A stretch of DNA of 62,855 nt from Chiloscyllium plagiosum. Taxonomy: Eukaryota. The notes beneath the pieces were generated by a model. That model made no database searches and was not told where the DNA came from. It saw only the letters and a program-made list of their open reading frames with translations. Each line of letters opens with the position of its first letter. Positions within the stretch are counted from its first letter, which is position 1. This document shows, one piece after another, positions 12,520-25,100 of this stretch. The DNA is taken from assembly GCF_004010195.1 (NCBI RefSeq), contig NC_057728.1, forward strand, positions 42,385,024 through 42,447,878, in the 5' to 3' direction. The translations under genes were made by a program, and so were the position numbers.

Positions 12520-14220
12520 GAACATAGAAAAGTACAGTACAGAACAGGCCCTTTGGCCCACGATGTTGTGCCAAGGATTAATCCTAATGTAAAATAAAGT
12601 AACTTAACCTACGCACCCCTCAATTCACTGCTATCCATGTACATGTCCAGAGTCACTTAAATGTCCCGAATGACTCTGCTTCCACCACCACCGCTGGCAA
12701 CGTATTCCATGCATTCACAACTCTCTGCATAAAGAACCGTCCTCTGATGTCCCCTTATACCTTTCTCCTAATATCTTAAAACTATGACTCCTTGTGCCAG
12801 TCAATCCTGCCCTGGGAAAAAGTCTCTGGCTATTGACTCTATCCATGCCTCTTATTATCTTGTATACCTTGGTCAGGTCACCCCTCTTGCTCCTTCTCTC
12901 CAGAGAGAAAGTCCAAGCTTAGTCAACCTCTCTTTATAAGGCAAGTCCTCCAGTCCAGGCAGCATCCTGGTAAACCTTCTTTGCACCCTCTCCAAAGCCT
13001 CCGTATCTTTCCTATAATAGGGCGACCAGAACTGGATACAATATTCCAAGTGTGGTCTCACCATGGACTTGTAGAGCTGTAGAAAAACCTCACGGTTCTT
13101 AACAACCCTATCCACTTTGGTTGCTGGTTGCAACTTTGAATACCAAGATCCCCCTGTTCCTCCACATTGTCTCGACCTTCGTCGACCTGTCTTGTCACCT
13201 CCTCAAAGAACTCAATAAGATTCGTGAGGCATGATCTGCCCCTCACAAAGCTGACTGCCTTTAATCACACTATGCTTTTCTAAATAGTCATAAATTCTAT
13301 CCCTCAGAATTCTTTCCAAAACTTTTCTGACCACAGATGTAAGACTGACTGGTCTGTAATTGCCAGGGATTTCCCTATTACCCTTTTTGAAAAGGGGAAC
13401 AACATTTGCCTCCTTCCAATCCTTCGGTCGGACTCCCGTGGAGAGTGAGGAGGCAAAGATCTTTGCCAGTGGCTTAGCAACCTCCTTTCTCGCTTCCTGG
13501 AGCAACCTAGGATAAATCTGGCCTCGCCTTTGGGACTTATCAATCTTAATGTTTGCTAAAGTTTCCAGCACATCAACTTCATCAATCTTGATCTGGTCAA
13601 GTCTGTATCCCACCTCCTAAAAGTTCTCATTCACAACAATGTCCCTTTCCATAGAGAAAACTGAAGCAAAAAAACTCATTTAGGGCTTCCTCTATCTGCT
13701 CAGACTCCACACACAAGTTCCCTATGCTCTCCCTGAACAGCCCTACCTTCTCCCTGACCATTCTCTTATTCCTCATGTATTAGTAAAATGCCTTTGGATT
13801 CTCCCTAATCCTCCTTGCCTAGCCTTTTTCATGCCCCCTCCTGGCTCTTCTCAGTCCATTTCTGAGCTCCTTTCCAGCAAGCCTGTAATCCTCTAAAGCT
13901 GTGCTAGATCCTTGCTTGCTCAACCTAACGTAAGCTGCCTTCTTCCTTTTGATGAGAAGCTCCTCTGTTCTCATCATCCAAGTTTCCTTAATCTTACCCC
14001 TTCTTACCTGCCTCAGAGGAACAAATTTATGCATCAGTCACAACAACTACTCTTTAAACAGTCTCCACATATCTGTTGCGCCCTTTCTGTGGAACAATTT
14101 CTCCCAGTCTGTACTTCCCAACTCCTGTCTGATAGTATCATAATTTCCTTTTCCCCAATTAAATATCTTCCCTTGGTAACTGCTCCTTTCCCTCTTCAAA
14201 GTTATGGTAAATGTGAAGCA
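12520..14220 (-). mobile_element. CR1-clade LINE, internally deleted, with 3' tail
   Basis: NYRPVSLTSVV, RSCLTNLIEFFEEVT, RPHLEYCIQFWSP; tail CTGT...TTCTATGTTCT near 12520-12545. Confidence 0.9.
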
Positions 14221-14892
14221 GTTGATAAGGCTAACATGAAAGGATTGTATCCTCTTTTTGGCAATTTACCAGTAAGGGATGGTCAAGTTAACATTCTCAC
14301 TAAGAGAGCAAGGATACATGACAGAATAATTTTATTTGTGTACAAGGTTGTTGAAGCACAAAGTGTTTGTTGCATAGGGTATTCAACCAAAGGCTACTGC
14401 ATCTTTTCAGAGTAAAATGGATAAATGTTTAATGGAAATGAATATCAAAGGTGCATGAAAAGCCGTCAGAGCAGTGGAGTTAGTTTTTTGATTATTTCAA
14501 AAAAAGAACAAGTTTAAATGTGTCATGCTAACTGACCTTACTCGGTACTGTGATTATTTATGTTTATAGTGTAATCACCCTTTAGCAGATTGGAGCACGG
14601 TGTACAGACACAGTATTCAAAACTAAAACTTAGCTTGACAATTTTTTTCTGAGGATTGAGCTCACTGTTTTTGAAGTACTTTTCTTGTCTTTCACTTTAC
14701 AGTCAAACTGCTTAAATATATTTTATTTACAACAACTTGTCCTAGCCTGCTAACGGATGTAGTTTAGAAACTGGAAATAATGGATAGTCCAGAACGGCTC
14801 AAGAAATATTTTTCATGTTGTTTTTCTTATCGAAAACATTTGGTGCAGTCTGTACCTCTGCACATCTCATAGGAATGTACATTCCAATCCTC

Positions 14893-15010
14893 AGTTCTGA
14901 AGAAAGATCATTGATCTGAAAAATTAACTCTGGTTCTCTCACTGCAGAGTCTGTTTCTCCTCCTGAGTCATTTCAGCATTTCCTGTCCTTGTACCAATCT
15001 CCAGCATTGC
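14893..15010 (+). mobile_element. Old Penelope-type hammerhead repeat remnant
   Basis: AGTT-CTGAAGA-A-AGATC-ATT-GATCT-GAAA-AATT-AACT, with stem I AGTT/AACT and stem II pairing retained. Confidence 0.55.
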
Positions 15011-15105
15011 AATGGCATTCCTTCTGTACTAGAAAGTCAAAAGGTTCCCAAGATCCAAAGTTATAAATTGAGTCTGTGAGCACTCCATGGGATTTCTCTC
15101 CTTAC

Positions 15106-15407
15106 AATCATAAAATCCCTACAGGTGGAAACAGGCCTTTCGGCCCAACAAGTCCACACCGATCCTCTGAAGAGTAACCCACCCAGACCACTATCCTATA
15201 TTTACCCCTGACTAATGCACCTAGCCTACACCTGACTATTATAATAATTTCGCACATCCAATTCACCTAATCTGCAAGTCTTTGGACGTTGGGAGGAAAC
15301 CCACGTAGACACGGGGAGGACGTGGAAACGCCACACAGATAGTCGCTCAAGGAATCGAACCCGCGTCCCTAGCCCTGTGAGGGGGCAGTGCGAGCTACTG
15401 AGCCACC
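15106..15407 (-). mobile_element. HE1-type tRNA-derived V-SINE
   Basis: Reverse complement of GGTGGCTCAGT...GGTTCGATTCC...GTGGGTTTCCTCCC...GGGCCGAAAGGCCTGTTTCC. Confidence 0.85.
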
Positions 15408-15924
15408 AAGGGCTTGGCTCCCATGTTTTCTGAACTTACAACGTGACATTTAAAGCCACTGACTTCCCTCATTTGTACATATTTTTATCATACTTAATTA
15501 TACTTATTCCATTCTGCCTCCTCCTTTACATGGTCCAACCATATATACGTTGCAAAAAAGATATGTGGGGGACAAACTATCGATGTTTTGATGCTATGCG
15601 CTTTTAATGTATTTCAGTAGAACAAATACAGTCAAAATTGTTACAATAGTTTGTAGTCCATATCACGCTTCCCCAAAGACAAATTCTGATTTTGTTACCA
15701 ATGAGTCTTTTTGCAATTATGTGGGGCCCACCAACAAAAAAAGAAATAAAATTAACAACGGAATACGTACACAGTAATGTTAAATAATCAAGGAGAATTC
15801 TGAACGTTGCGTAATATATAGTTGCAATAACCAACTGTTCGCCTATCACTTGCCATTCTGTTGGTGCCCTTTGAAAGGTTTTACCAGGTGCTGGGATCAG
15901 CTGATGTTACTTGTTTTGGAGGGA

Positions 15925-15932
15925 CATGTGAC
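15925..15932. promoter_or_regulatory. CLEAR/M-box-like E-box (CATGTGAC) in the GNS promoter
   Basis: GTCACATG on the - strand, about 90 nt upstream of the ATG; resembles the TFEB/TFE3 CLEAR motif of lysosomal genes. Confidence 0.45.
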
Positions 15933-16018
15933 TTGTGAATCATAGGAAGGAAGCAGAAAGAGCGTAGTTCAGTTTATACAAGAAATTCGAGTGGAGTGGA
16001 GTGGGGGAGCATAGTGCT

Positions 16019-16153
16019 ATGGCTTTTCTTACTGTGTCGTCTTGTGTATTCGCTTTCTTGTTTTTCTTTGCTACTGTTGAAGAGGTCAGCTCGAAGAAGC
16101 CGAACATAGTTTTGATCCTCACCGACGATCAAGATGTTCTCCTGGGCGGAATG
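16019..16153 (+). CDS. GNS: GNS exon 1 coding part (signal peptide ...[19 protein letters not shown])
   Basis: ATG at 16019, donor GTGAGC at 16154. Confidence 0.93.
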
Positions 16154-19100
16154 GTGAGCCGGCAGTTGTCTGGAGAGCTCTGGTGGAGCGGGGCGGCTGT
16201 GGATTGCTTTAGCATAGCGGAGACTTTGTTTGTTTTTGACGATAACTGTAGTCAATAACATCAGGCCTGCTGTAATCAGTAAAATCAGGCCTTAGAGCAG
16301 ATTTAGGCCTGGCTTAAGGATGCAGTAAATAGCTGTGTAATTTTTTTTAGGTGATCGGGATTTTAAAAATATTAATATGCAGTTTTAAGGTTTTGTCAAC
16401 TTAAATGTACTTCTGTATTTTCTCAAATTAAGTACAGAAAAACGTGGGCAGCATTTTCCTAACATTATTCAACCAAACGAATCAGTTGTAATGCTTTACG
16501 CTTGATTCACTTTTTTTCTCTCCAGACACCATTGAAAAAAACCCGAAAGCTTATTGGAGATCTTGGAGTCACCTTTAAAAATGTGGTGAGCTACTCTTGC
16601 TTTTTTTTGCTTTGGATAGGGCAATAGGGGAGGCAGGATAGCTTGAATTTGTATGAGCTAGATTAGGAGTGGCCAGTCCCATTGATGTGACTGGCGAAGT
16701 TCTCAAATTGATATGTAATTCTCCAAGGAATTTTGTCTCTTTTTTTTAAACTTGAGCTGTCAATGATCTAACAGATTTAAAACTTGCTGAACTTAAACTA
16801 TTATGAGAAAAGCTACAAGATTTGTTACACACTATTAGAATAAACAATGCTGAATGTTCAGTTTGACAGGAATAAATTAGTTTTATTTTAAGTAATTCAC
16901 TTGAACTGTGAATGGTGTACACAGTTGCATTGTATTGTTTTAAATGTAACTGTTATGTGTTTGTTTTTATTCAGTATGTGGCTAGCCCGCTATGCTGTCC
17001 CAGCAGAGCTAGTATCCTGACTGGAAAGTATCCACATAATCACCGTGTGTTTAATAATACGCTGGAAGGAAACTGCAGTAGTAAAGCTTGGCAAAAGACA
17101 CAGGAACCCAACACGTTTTCAGCTATCCTGCAACAACATTGTAGATACGAGACTTTTTTTGCAGGAAAATATTTGAATGAGGTAAAGTTTTTGTTGTAGT
17201 TTGAAGGTAATTGACATTTTAAGATTTAATTATGTAGTTACCATTGTGACAAACTGGTGTTTTATTTTGGAATATTTTAAAAAATGTCTGACCACTTACC
17301 TGAAACTTAATTCTGTTCTTGCAGACTCGCTTTTCTAGTTATATCAAGTTTTAAAGGCTGATTTTTAAAGATTGGCTGATTGTAATCTGAGAGCAAAGTT
17401 GCCATAGTCTTATCCGATCATAGTGCTGCTCTGTCATTAGAAAAAGACAATTGGTGGCTTAATCTGAGGGTCACCATGCATCTGGTGAAGAGAGAGGGTG
17501 AGAAGAGGAGTCCTTCATGTAACCTCACCTAGCACAGGAATTGAACCCATGCTGATTGTGTCACGTTGCATCACAAGCCAGCTGACCCCCAATCTTGATG
17601 ACATGGCCTTTAATACACTCGTGAAGAAGTAAGAGCAACATGTTGAAACATGCAGCAAGCTTGTCGTCATCCATGAATGTAAAGGGCACATGGAAGGAAG
17701 TTAGCTTTTTAAATATGTTTAGCCTTATTTCTTTATGTGCGAACAAAGATAATTTAGAAGGAGAGGATATGGTTATGTTGGACTTTAGTATTTTTGTGGG
17801 CAAGGCCAGGAGGTTGATTAAAGCTGTTTGCACAAAATTGTGAATAAGAGCATTTTCGCTTGTGCTGTATTGATAACTAAGTGCACAGCTTTGGAACCTA
17901 CGTTGAAAATGTAGCAATGCCGATTTATTTTACTCCCAGATGAAATAAGCCATGATTCACAGCTACTGATGGTTGTTCTACTGCTTGCGAGTACAAAATT
18001 TGTACTTTGTTTTTTTTTTAAAGCATGTCTTTGTCCTTGTCAAGGCGCATCTTTGAAAGGAAAGAAACTGCATTCTGGAAATGAAAATCACTTATTTCTA
18101 GTGTCTATTTCAAAGGAGGAACAAAGGAAGTCTGGTGTTCAGCATAAGGAGCACAACTAATAAAATTAGAATTACTCTTTAAAACACTATCAAAGTGGCT
18201 GCCCCTCCCAACCTGATATTAGGTGGGTTTTTTTTTTGCTGCTTTTGCAATTTTGAGTACATCATAATTCTTCCTCTATATATCTTAGAGGAGATAAAGT
18301 AAACAACCATCCATTTAACTTTTTTGCTGGATAATACCAGTTTTATTTGTTGAATCTTTAGATGAGTGCTTGGATTTTTAAATGTTTTGTCATGAGTTCT
18401 TTTAAACACCACCTTTTCACAGGGATTGAAACAAGATAAAAGTAAAATGAAAAACTTGCTGTCCCTTCCATTAGTAACCAGCAGTCTGAATTTCTAAAGA
18501 CAATGTCAAAATGTTCAGCTAATTTTCAAGGATAGATGCAAAAGTGGTTGACACTTTGTAATTAAAGTGCCACTTGATTATTAACTGCAGGGCACTGTTT
18601 ATATGTAAAGGTTATATTGAAAATATAAAATTTTAAAGAAAATTTTGATGAATTTCAGTTAAAATTAAGATTTCATTTCTTCATAAAAATGAACATAATA
18701 GCCACCATTATGACTCAGAAGGTAATATGCAGTTATCTTGTATTCTTGCCCCAAAAGGGATTAGATACCTCACCATAAAGGTGAAATGGAAGAATTATTT
18801 TCCTCCTCAATTCTGAAATGTTCAGAAACCTCCACTAGTAGATTAGTTTCTGACAGAACTATTCATTGAACTGTAAGAATTTTTCTCCACCAGAGTCATA
18901 GATGTATGGCACAGAAATAGACTCTTTGGTCCAACCTGTCCATGTCCACCAGATATCCTAAACTAATCTCATCCCATTTGCCAGCACTTGGCCCATATCC
19001 TGTAAATATGTTCTCATTTATGCTTTGTGTATTGTTTAATTTACAGTATGGATCAGAGGCTGCAGGCAGTTTTGAACATGTCCCACCGGGCTGGAATTAC

Positions 19101-22100
19101 TGGTATGCACTGGTAAGCATTTACACAAAGTTCATTGACTGACAGAACAGTTGCTTAAATGTGTAATTTCCATACTGCTGAAAATCTAATCAAACTAGGT
19201 AAATACGATAGGAATTCTGCAGAGTTTGCTTTTCAAATGAAGTTAACATATTAATATCAGGCCAGATCAAATGATGCCATTTGGAATGCAATTACCAAAT
19301 GAAAGATTTTATTTTGGAAGACAGGTTTTCATATTGCGAATCTCTGTATTCTGTCCTAAAGGTTGTGCACACTCCATCCTTGTATTTCAGATTTTAAATG
19401 AATTCAGATTTTTTTTTCATTTTGCTAAATCGGAATCCGAGGATATGGGGAGTCGGCAAGAAACTAGAGTTAAAGATAAAGGTCTGCCTCAACTGTACTG
19501 AATGCCAAACAAACTCTGGTTTATGGTCTCACCTATTTCTTGTATTCTATTATGAATGTAATATATACATCCTAAAATATGCAAGATGTGAGGAAAATAA
19601 GATTGCAATTAGGAACTCCTTTTTAGCGGTCATTGGATGCAAACAAAAACAGCAATGGCTTTATTGAGATGAATGAACTTGGAGTATAAAACAGTTCTCA
19701 CTCTCTTCATTTAGGTGAAGAATTCAAAATACTACAATTACACCCTCTCTGTTAATGGAAAACCACAGTATCATGGTCAGAACTATAGCCATGATTATCT
19801 AACTGACCTATTAGTAAGTATCTTTTTTGTTTTTTATTTGTGTTGTAGTGAGGTACACTTCATGGATGAATCTGAATAGAAATGTAAGCAGAATCTGCAA
19901 GTCTCCATTTGAACTAGTTTCTTGTTGTGCTTCTATGTGGCCAAGAATGGGAACATATCTAATAGGGAAGTTGTAAATGTTCCTTCCAGGTGCAGCTTTC
20001 TAAATTTCACTTCTGTCTGTGTCAAATGGCTTGTTTTTTACAATGTTCCTCTGCCTTGGCCTATTTGGAAAGAAATAAGCATGTGTACAGTACAGTGTGC
20101 TTTTTGTTTTGTGTCTGATGAACACCTCCACCCCCCCCCCCCCCAATGATTTATGGCCATTGTAGTTCTATTCTAATGTACAAAACATGGCAATAAATTT
20201 GCCAGATCATATAGGTTGGTTGAGTAATAAATGTTGATGGGTTTCCTGGGAGGACTCCCATGTTCTGCTCTGATCCTCTACTGCACCTGGGTCCAAATAA
20301 GATCATTTTATTAATATTGTCTTTTAAGAGATTGAATTTCTTTTTACTGGGTGAATGAGCAGCCTGGGCTCTGTTTCACTCTTGGACTTGAATCAACTTA
20401 TGCTTGTTTTTTTAAAATTCCTAGTTGGAGTTTGTCACTAGATCTCACTAACTGCATCTCCTGCCTTTCTTTACCATTCCATGTTTTTACTCTTCGCTCC
20501 CCCTTTTAACGTAGTGTCGAACAAGAATAGTGTGTAACCTTGGAAAGTTGTCGATAGTGATACAGCTTAATAATCCATTATGGCTGATTTATGTGCAAGT
20601 CCAACATGGTATTAATTTTGTTATTTACCTGTTGAGAAATGTTATGTACACTCTAGTCTCCTGGCTGTGAGGTAGGGACATTACCACTGCACCATGAGAA
20701 CCTTCAAATTTTGGTATACCCTTTGTAATCTGCTCAATCTTTATGAAGTATATTAAATTACTACCACCTGCAGTATTCAAGCTTGGCGGATTTTGACCTG
20801 AGCTACTGCAGTTACTAAATAATGCTCCTCTTGGGTTAGAGGATATATTCTTCTGCTTCATTTGTTTTGAATGTAAAAATGTGCAGTAGTTATTTCCTTT
20901 TTATTGATTTTTTTTTTCAAAGTATTATTAATTTCCCTCCATTTATATGCTTTGGTCTTGTTGGTATTTATATATTCCTTGTAATTTCAGTCACCATATT
21001 CTAACCTCTCTACTTTTTCACTTGGCAGTCAAATATTTCACTGGAGTTTTTGGACTCCAGAACGAAATATTTGCCGTTCTTTATGATGATCTCTACTCCA
21101 GCACCACACTCCCCTTGGATTCCTGCCCCACAATATGAAAGGAACTTTTTGGATGTTAAAGCACCAAGAAACATGAACTTTAACATACATGGAAAGGTAA
21201 TTTTTATGCAAGATAGGAATACATTAAAGTATTACATTAGATTAATCACTGCAATTAAACAGGAAGGTAGTAGGAATACATTAACATATTCCTATATCTT
21301 TCTGTTTAATCTTAGTAGTAATTAACTTATTTAGTTGAACCTTTTATTTTATTTTTTTTCACGTCTTTAGATGCATGTACAATGAATCTGAAGCAAAGTA
21401 ATATTAAGAATTTCTTGTAAAATTTTAATGAATTGCTGAACAGGAAGTAATGTGAAACCAAACTGCTCTGCTCTTTCAATGCCTATACAATTAAATATTT
21501 TTAACAGCATTTTAAAGTTTTATATTTAACTTCATTGGTAAAATACAAGCTTTATTTGTTCCTGGAATTCAAGTGAGAATGTAACAGCATCCTGTAATTT
21601 ATGGTATTATTGCAAGCTGTGGCTGTAGTGTTTTTGATGCGATATTGCAGCACACTTTTACCTGCAACAGTAAAGAAAGATGACATAGTTGACACATTGT
21701 TAGAAGCTTATATAAAAATCAACCACATAATATGGTCAAGATGTAAAAATAATAATTTTAAAAGATGGAAGCCCAATACAGATGTTGGGCATTCAGATGA
21801 CCAAACTTCTATCAACAAGCTTTCTTCATCATACATGATGTTATGATTGAGGTTCGAAGGATGTGCCAATTCCTTTATCATCCCATTCCCCCACTGGTTT
21901 TAACAAATGTAAAATTGAACCAACATACAGTCAATTTATGTAGGACTTTAGACTGTCTAGTTCAAATATTGGAAGCAATTCATCCAGGTTCCTTTTTAGA
22001 AGAGTAACTAGTTATACAAATAACATTTATTCACACATGCATAGATTATCACAAAGTTTTAGACTATATAAAGTTAGGTATCCATTATATTTTGGCATGC

Positions 22101-25100
22101 CAAGTATGAGGTGAGGGCAGGTAACAGGCAGATAGCTGACTATTCCCTTAAAGCATAACAAATGTGAGCAAACCAATCCTTTAATTTCTTGACAACAAAA
22201 AAGTAACTAATTACAATGTTATTTGAATGCTTGTCAATTGAAATTAATGCCTTTTTTCAAAAAAGGATAAACATTGGCTGATCAGGCAAGCGAAGACTCC
22301 CATGACAAACTCTTCAATTAATTTTCTGGATAATACTTTCAGGAAAAGGTATTGTTGTTCTCCACTTCATTTTCTTTTTGTAAGAAAAATAAAAATGTGG
22401 ATACTTAGTGTAATCCTCAGTTATTTTTCTTAGATGGCAAACGCTGCTATCAGTGGATGACCTTGTTGAAAAAGTTGTCAAAAAACTTGATGCAATCAAG
22501 GAACTAGAAAACACCTATATTTTCTTTACATCTGATAATGGCTATCATACAGGTAAATAATTATTTCCTGTCAAACTTTAGCTTATTGATTTTTTTTTTT
22601 CATTTGTATTTTATTCTTGCCTTTAATGTTTGACATTTCCTCTGGAGTGACCTTGTCTAATGGACTACAAACTCAACCTTTTATTAAAATGAAAAAGCTT
22701 CGAGGAGCAGAGAAATTGACATTTCAGGCAGGAGCCCTCATGCCTGATGAAAGGCTCCTGCCTGAAACGTCAATTTTCCTGCTTGGATGCTGCCTGATCT
22801 GCTGTGCTTTTCCAGCACCACTCTGATCTTGACTCCAGCATCTTGACTCTCCAGTATCTGCAGTCCTCACTTTTGCCTCTTATCAAAATGACCCATATTC
22901 TACTATAACCTTTTTTAAAAATAACTTTGAATAAAAACACAATGCTACAGATGCTAAAAATGAAGCAAACACAATGCTTGAGCAACTCTGTTACAGTAGA
23001 ATTTGTAAAGGGTGAAATAGCTGGTGTTTCAAGTACAGTATGACACTTCAGAACCCAAGTACTTGGCACCAAGATATCAATGGACACTACAACGGCATAG
23101 TGGCTCAGTGGTTAGCACTGCTGTCTCACACCGCCAGGGTCCTGGATTTGATTCCAGCCTTGGGCAACTGTCTGTCTGTGTGGAGTTTGCGCATTCTCCC
23201 CGTGTCTGTGTGGGTTTCCTCTGGGTGCTCTGGTTTCTTCCCTTGGTCCAAAGATGTGCACGTCAGGTGAATTGGGCTTGCTAAATTGCCCATAGTTTTA
23301 GGTGCATTAGTCAGAGGGAAATGGGTCTGGGTGGGTTACTCTTCGGAGGGTCTACGTGGACTTATTGGGCCAAAGGGCCTGTTTTCACACTTGGGAATCT
23401 AATCTAATCAAATCACAACAATTTATATGGTCTATGCAATTGTGACTCGAATTTCAAATGTGCAAAGGAAGTTTAGTAGGGTTTAATATTATTCCTTCTG
23501 TTTTTTTTTAAATGATTGGTCAAGTAGACAGTTGCCAATTCTGCAATAGTTGCTAGTTTACTACAACAACCTCTCTGTCCTAGGAGACTTAGAATTTGTT
23601 TATAATCATAGTCTTAATTCGCCATTCTGACACTCTGTACTTGTTTATTAATACGTGAAGTAATAATAGAACATTAAAGCTCGAGGAAATCAAGAATACA
23701 TAGTATAAAATGCATTAATATCTGATTTGAATGTATCTTCAGGCCAATTTTCTTTGCCAATTGACAAACGACAGCTATATGAATTTGACATTAAAGTGCC
23801 ATTGCTTGTACGAGGACCTGGAATCAAACCTACCAGCAGTAATCAGGTATACGTACCAGACTGATTCTTGTATAAATTGTGGGGGCAACTCTCATACTAA
23901 GTATGTGCACAATGTTTGTTTGAGGTGAAGATTCTCTAGAAAGCAAGGTTGCTTAAAATCGGCAGTTCAACTCCATTAAAAAACAAGTTTATACAGCTGC
24001 ATGAAGTGTACTTTATCAACAGGTTCAGGAACTGACTTTACGTAATCTCCAGAAGTTATTTCCTGGGAATGACTGTTGTAGTGTAACAATTATAACTTCC
24101 ATCTATAGCTTCACTTTTGACATTAGCAACATTTTTTATTTTAGTGCTACATAGAATAATTAACAGTGAAGAAATGGTAAGAAGATATCTTGGGTTTAAT
24201 GAAATCAGCAATCCTATTTAAAACACTTGAAGCTAGGTTTCATCTTTCACTAATATTACATTTCCATGGTCTATTTTAACAGCAAAATCCTGTCTAATGT
24301 AGAAGGACTTTGAAAGCTGTGAAAAACACTTCTTTGTCCTTTTCGTGCTACACTGATGTTGTTGTATGGTGGTCAATTGACGTCTTTGTGATTGCAAAAA
24401 AGAGACAGTTGCATCCCAATAATACTAAATTTAAAGTTACATAAGACCAGTCTTTGCCCAAGAGCATCTGTCACCAGTGAAGCATATGTTGCATAAGTAT
24501 TCAATGCATGAGATGGGGAGTGAAGTGAAAAGAGAGAGAATGTGTTCCAATTAGATGTATTAGCCCTTGCTGTTGAAAACTTTATAGTGGAACTGGTTGT
24601 TGTAGTTTTGAAGATTTTGAGATGTCTAAGGTTTTGGTCTTAATTTCCTTCAGATGCTGGTAGCAAATATTGATTTGGCTCCAACATTCTTGGATATTGC
24701 TGGCTATGATACCAACAAAACCAGGATGGATGGCATGTCTCTCTTGCCTCTGCTGGTAGGTTTTGTCATACTAACAATATGGTGTAATTATAATTTATTC
24801 CTTTTTTAATATGGACATGATTGTAATAAAAGTAACTTTCAGTCGAGTTAGCTATTAAATTCTTCCAGTTTTCAAATCTCCTTCAACCATAAGTTTACTT
24901 ATAACTCTAAATTTTTCAGTTGTGTGAAAATAAGTTACTAGGATGGCATTGGACCTCCAGAGCAATTACTCTGGTAACCCCTGCAGAATTCAGCTTCATG
25001 TCAGTTAATTTTGTTTGTACTGTATTCAAAACTTGCATTTTGTATTATCAATTTCAATTCTATTTTCAGAATGGTAAGGCAAAAAATGTGACATGGAGGA

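Noticed and set aside
23092..23165. tRNA-like sequence (also at 25309, 48035, 51740)
   Set aside because: These are SINE heads continuing into the V-domain and LINE-like tail, not tRNA genes.
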